The notes under the pieces are model-generated. The model saw only the letters and a list, made by a program, of their open reading frames with translations. It had not been told where the DNA came from and did not search any database. Shown here in pieces: positions 41,468 to 49,864 of a stretch of 64,000 bases of DNA. Numbering within the stretch: the stretch's first letter is position 1; each line of letters starts with the position of its first letter. The position numbers and the translations under genes are program-made. The stretch is from a virus, in the IMG/VR virus record IMGVR_UViG_3300024272_000034. The stretch is one strand, 5' to 3'.

Positions 41468-42036
41468 TTAATATTTATGAAAATCTTATCATAAATGGAT
41501 TAAATGTAGAATTAGCAAAAGATATTGAAAAATATTTGATTTATTTTTTAGACAATAACACTAATGAAAATTAGTTATTATTATATAATTTATTAAATAT
41601 TTTAAAACGTCAATAGAATACATCAATTCTTCTAAATTTTTTAATTCAAGAAGTTGAATTAAAGTTATTAAGATTAAGTTTTTCTAATAATGATATAAAA
41701 AATAATAAAGATTGTTATAATATTTCATCTTGTCAAAAAAATGAATCTAAAGAAGAATTAAAGAAAATTTTAAAAGTAACTAATAAAGATTTATTCCCTC
41801 CAAAAGGGACTACAACTCGTATTATTAATAAAAGAAAAGAAGAAAATGAAGAACATGAATATGTTTTAGAGATAGATGATCAAGGTAATGTTTTAGAAAT
41901 TTTAGAACATTATATAACAAAAAATGATGCAGATTCTATTGATATATTAAATGATTCTCCTTTAAGCAAACTTAAAGAAAAATATCTTAAAGAAGATAAA
42001 GAAAATAATTCTTTAACAGAAAATGATTTAGAATAA
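41437..42036 (+). CDS. hypothetical protein (199 aa, 2 TAG) overlapping the rSAM gene end
   Basis: Frame +2 relative to the previous gene. Acidic C-terminal half. Function unknown. Confidence 0.45.
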
Positions 42037-42061
42037 TATTAATAATTTAAATATTTCTAAA

Positions 42062-43138
42062 ATGGGATTAGGAATTATGCGTCATAATTCTAATCAACAA
42101 TATACAAAACAACTAATAGAATATGCTTTAAATAATAAAATTAATTATTTTGAAGCTTGTGATTTCTATTTACAAAACGCTTGTGAAATACGTCTTGGGG
42201 ATGCTTTAAAATAGCATCCTCGGACTTCATATAAATTATGTGATAAACTTCCATTATCTACAATTCCTTATTTTATTCAAAAAAATAAAAATTGGAATTT
42301 AAATGATTATTTTAATAATCAATTAGCAAAATGTAGAACTGATTATTTTGATGTTTATTTGATTTAGGCTTTAGATGAACGTAATTTTAATTACTTGGAA
42401 AAATATCAAATTATTGATTTCTTTTTAAAACAAAAAGAACAAGGAAAAATTAAATTATTGGGTTTTTCTTTTCATGGAAAAGTTGATATTTTAAAAAAAT
42501 TATTAGAAATGAAATGTTGGGATATCGTTTAGTTTCAATTAAATTATTATGATTGGATTTTAGGTGAGGCGAAAGAATTATATTTTTTAACAAAAGAATA
42601 TGATTTACCTATTATTACAATGGGACCAACTAAAGGCGGATTATTAATAAATAATTTACCTAAAAAATCATTAGATAGATTAAAAGAAAACAATATTAAT
42701 CCAGTCTATTTATGTTATTCTTTTTTAGAAACTTTAGACAACGTTAAAATTATTTTATCAGGAGCAGAAACTTATGAAATGATTAAAGATAATTTAAATT
42801 ATTTTGAAAATGAATCTCATAAATTAACTCCAGAAGAGTGGTAGCATATTAAACAAAATATTCAAGATTATCAAGAATAGAGTTTAATTCAATGTACGGG
42901 ATGTCGTTATTGTGTTCAAAGATGTCCTGCTAATTTACCAATAGATAAAATTTTTAAAGAATATAATAATTTTATTCAATCTAAAGATTTATAGTCAAGA
43001 GAATTTTTATATTAGAATATTCATAGTTCTAACTCTACACAGAATTGTAAAAATTGTGGTCAATGTGTAAAAATTTGTCCGCAACATTTAAATATTCCAG
43101 AAATTTTTCATAAACAAATTTTCCCAGTAAGGAGATGA
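42062..43138 (+). CDS. aldo/keto reductase-fold oxidoreductase fused to a 2x[4Fe-4S] ferredoxin domain (358 aa, 7 TAG)
   Basis: N-terminal AKR-like pattern (LGIMR...INYFEACDFY...LGDALK...KLLGFSFHG...ITMGPTKGGLL). C-terminal CTGCRYCVQRCP and CKNCGQCVKICP. Ends at TGA 43136-43138. Confidence 0.65.
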
Positions 43139-43142
43139 AAAA

Positions 43143-43553
43143 ATGGTAGTATCTGAATTAGTAGCTACAATTTTTCAAGTTTGTATAATTCCATTATTGG
43201 GTGTATTAACTACTTTTTTTGTAAAATGGGTTAATTCCAAAAGCGCAGAAATCTCAAATAAAATTGATGATGAAACATTAAATAAATATTTAAATATGCT
43301 TACTGAAACAATTAATACTTGCGTTTTAGCAACCAATTAGACATATGTTGAAAGTTTAAAACAACAAGGAAAGTTTGATGCGGAAGCGCAGAAAGAAGCA
43401 TTTAATTTAACTTGTTCAGCAGTAATGGATATTTTAAGTGAGGACGCAAAAGAATATTTAACTTCTGCTATTGGAGATTTACAAATTTATATTACAAAGA
43501 AAATTGAAGCTGAAGTACATACAAATAAAGTTACACCTTGTGTAAATCAATAA
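43143..43553 (+). CDS. small membrane protein (136 aa, 1 TAG), N-terminal TM helix
   Basis: RBS AAGGAGATGAAAAA upstream. Hydrophobic N-terminus LVATIFQVCIIPLLGVLTTFFV. Last gene before the terminator. Confidence 0.5.
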
Positions 43554-43563
43554 AATAAATATA

Positions 43564-43604
43564 GGGGAACCTTTAGTATAATCTAAAGGTTCCCCTTATT
43601 TTTG
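43564..43604 (+). terminator. rho-independent terminator closing the cassette
   Basis: GGGGAACCTTTAG-TATAAT-CTAAAGGTTCCCC hairpin followed by TTATTTTTG. Confidence 0.75.
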
Positions 43605-43620
43605 TTTATATTAAATTCTA

Positions 43621-44314
43621 TTATAAGTAAGCCAACGTTCACGAATTAAATCATGAGATTTTTTGGGAAAATATAATACTTCATCATTTTCAAAAGTTAA
43701 ATGGTCAGTATCAATAATCTTAATTTCACTTAAATTAATCAATAAACTTGTGCTAAAAATAAAAATTGCGGATGTTGGTTCAATGGAGTTATTGCTTTTT
43801 CAAAAGATGAGCGCAATGACTAACCATCAAACATTGTTCCATTTTTTAAATGATAACATAAACAACGTTTTACAATGTTAATATAATTAACTTGACTTGA
43901 GCGTATTCTTCTTTCACCTTCCGCAGTTTTAATTACCAAACTATCTTCTCTTATCTCTTTTTTAATTATATTAAATAATTCAAACAATTCTTCTTTTTCT
44001 ATTGGTTTTAAAAAATAATGATCTGCATGCACTTTATAAGCAGGATAAGCGAGAGAAGGATCTTCTCCAATAAAAATAAAATAACTATTTGGGTCTATTT
44101 TATCCATGCGATGACTTAACTCATATAGATTTTCTGATGAATCAGTGTCCATAATATAAACATCAAAACTTGCAGGAACAACAAGTAAATCTTCTGATTT
44201 ATCAAAAATTGATACTTTTGCCACAGACTTAGATTCTATTAAATATTCTTGAATCATCTCACGCAATTCATTTAAATATGTTTTGTTGTCATCATAAATA
44301 GCAATAGAGAGCAT
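43621..44314 (-). pseudogene. LytTR-family response regulator (receiver + LytTR DNA-binding domain), interrupted by an apparent -1 frameshift
   Basis: Track ORF 43820..44314 encodes the receiver-like N-terminus and the start of LytTR (VIKTAEGERRIRSSQVNYINIVKRCLCYHLKNGTMFDG). The domain continues through a TAG. It ends in another frame (LINLSEIKIIDTDHLTFENDEVLYFPKKSHDLIRERWLTYNRI, stop at 43621-43623). The shift falls in a T-rich tract (CAATTTTTATTTTTAGC). The cause could be a true frameshift, programmed slippage or a sequencing error. Confidence 0.5.
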
Positions 44315-44349
44315 ATTTAAACTCCTCCTTTAAAATTTTTTACAATATT

Positions 44350-44378
44350 ATTATAACATAAATTTGTGAGAAAATCAA
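44350..44378 (-). promoter_or_regulatory. sigma-A type promoter (TTGATT-N17-TATAAT on minus strand) for the LytTR gene
   Basis: Reverse complement reads TTGATT TTCTCACAAATTTATGT TATAAT, about 30 nt upstream of RBS AAAGGAGG and the ATG at 44314. Confidence 0.5.
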
Positions 44379-44386
44379 ATTTTTTT

Positions 44387-44501
44387 GTGTAAAAAGTGTA
44401 AAAAATTTTAATTTTTGAGTATTTGATTTTTAAATTTACTTTTTGACATTCGGATTTTAAAAATAAAATTGTAATTTTGAAAAATTGAATAAAAATTGTA
44501 A
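44387..44501. promoter_or_regulatory. direct-repeat cluster in the divergent intergenic region (candidate operators)
   Basis: Tandem GTGTAAAAA x2 at 44387-44404. AAATTGTAA / AAATTGAAT / AAATTGTAA at 44466, 44482 and 44493. Confidence 0.4.
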
Positions 44502-44626
44502 GGATGAAAAATCAGACAAAAAATGTGTGAGTGTTTCTTGTTTAAAAATCTGAAACAATTTTTATATAGTAATGGAAGGGTAAGAGAAAAATAAAAAAAA
44601 TGAATAAATACCTTGGAGGTGAATAT

Positions 44627-45103
44627 ATGAATTATCAATATAATCAGTAGCAGGTGAGTCCACCGCAGAATTAGACGACTCAGCAGTATTCTTACCAACG
44701 ACAAGTTCCTTATACTTCTGGAACTTGGAATGCGAGAGTCAGACCGGTTTCTTCAATTGAAGAAGTAAGAGCATCTTCAATTGATTTTGATGGCTCAATT
44801 TTTTATTTCCCAGATGTTGCTAATAAAAAAATCTATACTAAATTTATTAATTTAGATGGCTCTGTGGCAATTAATGTATATGAGTTAAAAGAAATGCCAA
44901 CAGGTTAGGCAGCAGATTCATCTTACATTACAAGAGAAGAATTTGAAAACGTAATTATGTAGTTAAAAATGATGTATAATAATTCTTCTGCGCCTTCTAC
45001 TCCAATAGAAGAATAGCAATAGGTATAGTAGTAGATGAATAGTAATTAGTTTGCGGCACCACCCGCACAATAGCAACATAATGTTTCGCCATTACAATTT
45101 TAA
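44627..45103 (+). CDS. hypothetical protein (158 aa) with Gln-rich C-terminus encoded by mixed CAA and TAG codons
   Basis: RBS GGAGGTGAA upstream. The C-terminus reads TAG CAA TAG GTA TAG TAG TAG ATG ... GCA CAA TAG CAA, which is QQQVQQQ...AQQQ if TAG=Gln. Ends at TAA 45101-45103. Confidence 0.55.
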
Positions 45104-45116
45104 GGAGGTATGAAGA

Positions 45117-45362
45117 ATGGCACAAGTTGATCCGAGACAATTAATAGCTATGATTAGAAATGGTCAAAATCCTCAACAACTTATGTTAAGTGTTTTAGAG
45201 ACGATGCAAGATACTCCTTTTGGAGCCAATTTATTGAATCTCGCTCGCAATGGTTAGACTGCGGAGATTGAAAAAATTGCTCGGAATATCACATCTCAAA
45301 GAGGTATGGATTATGATAAAGAGTTTAATGCCTTTAAACAATAGTTTTTTGGCTTTAAATAA
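45117..45362 (+). CDS. small hypothetical protein (81 aa, 2 TAG)
   Basis: RBS AAGGAGGTATGAAGA upstream. Ends at TAA 45360-45362. Confidence 0.45.
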
Positions 45363-45399
45363 ATAAAATATTTTTTTTAATTAAAGGAGGGTTTCTTTT

Positions 45400-46194
45400 A
45401 TGTTTAATTCTAATGGTTACAGTTTGGCAGATATCGTTGCCGCAACAGGTGGCGGTAGAGAGAATTGCGGCGGCTTCGGCGGCTGGGGCGGAGATGGATG
45501 GTGGATTATCCTCTTATTCTTGCTCTGGGGTAACAACGGCTGGGGCGGCAATCAAGGTGGACGTGGAACAGTTCGTGAAGAAATTGCTTATGGTTTTGAT
45601 ATGAACGGTTTAGAAAATAGCGTCCGTGGTGTTCAGCAAGGTATTTGTGATGGTTTCTATGCCATGAATACTGGTATGTTAAATGGATTTAGTAACATTC
45701 AAAATACTCTATGTCAAGGTTTCTCTGGTATCAATCAAGGTACAGCTCAGTAGACATTTGATTTATCTACTCAGTTACATGGTATGGCAGCTGATAATGC
45801 GGCTTGTTGCTGCGAAACTCAGCGCGCTATTGAAAGAGGATTTGCTGAAACCAACTATAACATGGCAACTCAAGCTTGCGATACTCGTAGAGCAATTGCT
45901 GATAGCACTCGTGATATTATTGACAGTAATAACGCAGGTGTTCGTTCTATTTTAGATTTCTTAACTCAGGATAAGATTGCTACTCTTACCGCAGAAAATC
46001 AGAGTCTAAAATTCGCAGCTTCTCAGGCAGCTCAGAACGCTTTCATTGCAGCTAATCAGGAAGCTCAAACCGCAGAACTTATTCGCAGACTTGATACCCC
46101 ATGTCCTATTCCCGCTTATGTAGTTCCTAATCCTAATTGTTGCTATCCATCTTATGGATATGGGTATGGCAACACTGGATGCTGCGGTGGTTAA
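45400..46194 (+). CDS. Gly/Trp/Cys-rich protein with one hydrophobic segment (264 aa, 1 TAG)
   Basis: RBS AAAGGAGGG upstream. Track ORFs 45400 and 45784 are in frame across the TAG at 45751. N-terminus GGFGGWGGDGWWIILLFLLWGNNGWGGNQGG. Cys clusters CCCETQ and NPNCCYPSYGYGYGNTGCCGG. Confidence 0.55.
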
Positions 46195-46219
46195 TTAACA
46201 AAGGAGGTAAAAAATCTGT

Positions 46220-46639
46220 ATGGAAATTATTGCTAATGCTTTATAGACAGTTCCAGCAAATCAGACTGTTTATTTCACAGATACCGCCGTATGCGGTGGC
46301 CCATCTATGACTCATAGAGCTGGTAGTGGTTTAATTACTCTTAGAGGAATTACTAATCAATGTAGAGCAAGATTCCGCATCACTTTTGGAGCAAATATTG
46401 CTGTTCCAACAGGAGAAACAGTTGGACCAATTTCATTGGCTATTGCGATAGAGGGTGAACCTCTTCAAGCTACTACAATGATTGAAACACCAGCGGCTGT
46501 TGAAGAGTTCTCAAATGTTTCAAGAACTACCTTTATTGATGTTCCTCGTGGATGTTGTGTAAGTGTAAGTGTAAGAAATGTAAGTGATATTCCAGTAAAT
46601 GTACAAAACGCAAACTTAATTGTTGAACGTGTTGCTTAA
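46220..46639 (+). CDS. BclA C-terminal-domain-like (C1q/TNF-like) protein (139 aa, 1 TAG)
   Basis: RBS AAGGAGGTAAAAAA upstream. The C-terminus ...NVQNANLIVERVA and the internal RFRITFGANI...GPISLAIAIEGEPL pattern resemble the BclA exosporium CTD, which ends ...IIIEKVA. The assignment is by motif recall only. Confidence 0.4.
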
Positions 46640-46657
46640 TGAAAGGAGGTCTTATAA

Positions 46658-47305
46658 ATGGAGAAAAGATTAGAACATATGAAAGAATCTTTAATGGCTT
46701 GCGTTGAAAGTCAATTAACTCATTTAGATACAGTTGATACTAAAGAATTAGGTGAAGCCATTGATATGATTAAAGACCTTGAAGAAGCAATCTATTATTG
46801 TACTATTACAAAAGCAATGAAGGAACAGGATAAAGGAGAAAAAGAATCTCATAAATATTATCCAGTAATGTATAATAGAGATATGGATAGAGATATGGGA
46901 AAAATGTATTATGAAAACCCAAATTATATGGGTGGTAATGATACAAAACGTCAATATTCATCTGGAAATGGAGGAGGCAACTCCTCCTCCATGAGTAATT
47001 CTTCTGGAAGCGGAGGAGGTAATTCATCCTCTGGAAATACTGGTTCAAAACAATATAGTGAAACAGAATATAATTTAATGCGCGACCAGCGTGAAGGACG
47101 TAGTCCTCAGTCGCGCCGCATGTATATGGAATCAAAAGAAATGCATTCAGATAAAGCAACTCAAATGCGTGAATTAGAAACTTATATGCAAGAGTTAACT
47201 CAAGATGTAGTTGAAATGGTTGAAGGTGCAACTGTTGAAGAAAAGCAGTATTTAAGTAAACGAGTAGCAGCTCTTGCAAACAAATTGGCTCAATTAAATG
47301 ATTAA
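46658..47305 (+). CDS. hypothetical protein with Gly/Ser/Asn low-complexity core (215 aa, no TAG)
   Basis: RBS AAAGGAGGTC upstream. A clean ORF. The core repeats NGGGNSSSMSNSSGSGGGNSSSGN. Confidence 0.5.
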   Translation: MEKRLEHMKESLMACVESQLTHLDTVDTKELGEAIDMIKDLEEAIYYCTITKAMKEQDKGEKESHKYYPVMYNRDMDRDMGKMYYENPNYMGGNDTKRQYSSGNGGGNSSSMSNSSGSGGGNSSSGNTGSKQYSETEYNLMRDQREGRSPQSRRMYMESKEMHSDKATQMRELETYMQELTQDVVEMVEGATVEEKQYLSKRVAALANKLAQLND

Positions 47306-47561
47306 CATTAATGGTGAACAATGGAGAGTGTTTTTAACCTCTCCATTTCACCCTGCTTTAAAACGCAGTGATGGTGCTTATACTCTAGGATGCTGTGATG
47401 ATGTAACAAAAACAATTTATATAAGTAATGATGTAAGTGATAAATATTTAAAAAAAGTTTTATGCCACGAACTCACTCACGCCGCAATGTTTAGCTACAA
47501 CGTAGATTTGACTTATGAGCAAGAGGAAGTTCTCGCTGATATTATAGCAACATATGGATAG
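47298..47561 (+). CDS. small HExxH-motif protein, putative minimal zinc metallopeptidase (87 aa)
   Basis: LCHELTHAAMF contains HExxH. Overlaps the previous gene by 8 nt. Confidence 0.4.
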   Translation: MININGEQWRVFLTSPFHPALKRSDGAYTLGCCDDVTKTIYISNDVSDKYLKKVLCHELTHAAMFSYNVDLTYEQEEVLADIIATYG

Positions 47562-47630
47562 GAAATTATTCATATGGCAAATCTTCTCTTTAAGAGGTTA
47601 AAAGATGAAAGAGAAGAAGAAAGAAAAAAT

Positions 47631-47668
47631 GGGAGTATCTAATAATTTAGATACTCCCATTTTTTTTG
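47631..47668. terminator. bidirectional rho-independent terminator between the convergent modules
   Basis: GGGAGTATCT-AATAATTT-AGATACTCCC hairpin with an A run upstream and a T run downstream. Confidence 0.7.
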
Positions 47669-48106
47669 TTATATATTACAATCTCGTACTTCTAACTTCA
47701 TCGCACTTTCATAATAATTTTTAGCTTGACCATTGCCGCCCAAAGAAGTATATAATTTATAAAATTCAGTTAATTGGTCATACTAGTCGGGAGTCATAAA
47801 TCCTTGTCTAATAAATCCTTTGCATAATTGAACTAAACGGAAACGATAAGAAGAAATAATTAAATTCATGTGATTCTTTTCTACTTGACCCACATTATAG
47901 ATATAAGACCTTAATTCTTCAAGCTCCTATTGAATTGGTTCAATTTTACTGTCAATTGTTTCATTCAATTTGTCAGTCTCTTGGTCTGCTAAAAGCTTTT
48001 TATAATTTTTCATTTGACTATGCATATATTTACAAAAAGCTAAAGCACCAGCAGAAATTAAACCAAAAATAATTTCAATGAAATGTTCAGTTAAAAAAGC
48101 TAACAT
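47669..48106 (-). CDS. membrane protein with N-terminal TM helix (145 aa, 2 in-frame TAG)
   Basis: The reverse-strand frame is open through two TAG codons. N-terminal hydrophobic FIEIIFGLISAGALAF. It was missing from the ORF track because TAG splits it. Confidence 0.45.
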
Positions 48107-48172
48107 TATAACAAATCCCCTTTCTTAAAATTTTTTCTCACACTATATCAATTTTAAGTAAGGGGATTTTAT

Positions 48173-48664
48173 TTATTCAGACCAATCAAATGATTTTGCC
48201 TAAGAGTTTAGATACCAGTGACCAATACATATTGCGTCACTTTCATCTTCTGTAGCTTGTTTATTATAAAGCGTTTTTATTAATAACTAAGCTTCTTTTT
48301 TCTACTCTGGACGAGTTCTACTTTTTATACCGATTTTACTTTTCCATACTGTAGCTAATACAGCTTCAACTGGTATATCTAATTCTACAATCAATTCATA
48401 AATAACACCAAATACTTCTGCTAATGTTTTAAAGGTTTGAACATTTCCTGTTACATTAGATTGAAGTTGTATATCTTCCATTATAACTTTATTAATAGAA
48501 TAAGTATCAATTAATTGATGAACATTTTTTCTAATATTAAGCAATCTATCTCCTAAATCGGATTGATTACAAGTAAAATGTCCATAATCAATTAATTGAT
48601 TATCTTCAAATATAGCATATCCAGTTATTTTAGAAGACTAATCTAAAGATAAGATTCTGCTCAT
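48173..48664 (-). CDS. ruvC: RuvC-family Holliday junction resolvase (163 aa, 4 in-frame TAG)
   Basis: N-terminus MSRILSLD(TAG)SSKITGYAIFED matches the RuvC/YqgF catalytic motif. C-terminal DESDAICIGHWY matches the acidic motif. ATGA start/stop overlap with dut. Confidence 0.6.
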
Positions 48665-49356
48665 ACTGATTCAAAAACATCTGCTTTTAATCCAAGAGAA
48701 TTAAAAACATCAAGTAATTTTTCATCAATTTTAATTTCGTTATTTAAATTAATTGATTGTAAAGAAGTAGAACCAAATCCGCCTGTTCGTAAGCCAATAG
48801 CTACATCATCTTCAATGGTATAATAAGGTTTAATAATTCCTTGACCAATAATATCTCCTCGTTTTAATTGAATATCAAATGGAGATAAATTAATTAATTG
48901 AAAGAAAATTTCACCTTCATTATCAGGATTATTATAATAATCAGCGTCAATAATACCAACTCCATTAGCAAGAATAAGCCAATATTTTAAAGGAGTAGAA
49001 GACCGCACGCTTAATTCAAGATAAGTATTTGGAAGTAATTCACATTTCATTCCAGTAGAAACTAAAGAAGGTTTAATTTTTGATGCTTTAGTAACAGCGG
49101 CAACATCTTCAAGAGTATAAGGTTTACTCATCTTTTGCGCAAGCTCATATTCAGCCTTCTTCTTTTCTTCTGAGTCAATTACATTCTAATGTAATTGGAA
49201 TAGTTCATATCTACCAAGCCAATTCAATTCTTCAGAACAAGATGGAATTATAATATCTTCAGCTACAACAAAATCATATCCAGCGCTCTGTTCTGTTTTT
49301 CTAATTGGTAAAGGTAAATCAATATCATTAAATCTACTTACTTTTTCAAATTTCAT
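48661..49356 (-). CDS. dut: dUTPase-family protein (231 aa) with an ~80-aa insert carrying one in-frame TAG
   Basis: Track ORF 48661..49131 carries motifs 2-5 (GIIDADYYNN, RTGGFGST). The same frame continues upstream through one TAG to ATG 49354-49356, adding motif 1 (SAGYDF). Confidence 0.6.
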
Positions 49357-49601
49357 TATTCTACCTCATAATTAATATTAACAAAACTTATCGGGTCTTT
49401 TTCATCATTGAAATGTTTGTTTAAAGTAACTTTATACCAACTATCAATAACTGCACCTTTAGATTTTCTTTCTTTAAATTCACTAGAATATTTTGCTAAT
49501 GAAAATTCAGTAGCATTCTTAGCTTCATCAATAATTTCTTTTACTTCATTTTCATTATCTACTCTATATACTTCAATTGTACTTACAAGATATTTTGACA
49601 T
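49356..49601 (-). CDS. hypothetical protein (81 aa)
   Basis: RBS GAGGT upstream. TAATG overlap with dut. Confidence 0.4.
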   Translation of the reverse strand: MSKYLVSTIEVYRVDNENEVKEIIDEAKNATEFSLAKYSSEFKERKSKGAVIDSWYKVTLNKHFNDEKDPISFVNINYEVE

Positions 49602-49602
49602 T

Positions 49603-49863
49603 TTAATTTACCTCAATATTAATTTTTTTAGTATTATAATTTTTTACATTATACATTTGAATATCTTCAATAAAACCTTCAAGATATCCTTCATTACCAT
49701 ATAGGTGAATATTGTATATATCATATGTATAACAACTACTAACAATTACTTCTGCTAAATTATCAATAGTTGTTGAAGCTATTTCTCGCTTACCATTATC
49801 ATCATAAATAAATATATACTAATCAGTATTAAATAAATTAACTGAACTAACAATATAACTCAT
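49603..49863 (-). CDS. hypothetical protein (86 aa, 1 in-frame TAG)
   Basis: Reverse frame is open from ATG 49861-49863 through one TAG to TAA. Confidence 0.35.
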
Positions 49864-49864
49864 T

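Noticed and set aside
37115-47561. The regulator, rSAM and exosporium-like block, considered as flanking host chromosome or a chimeric assembly.
   Set aside because: Typical phage genes with the same TAG usage continue on both sides, including tail genes upstream and HExxH, RuvC and dut downstream. The block also shares the recoding.
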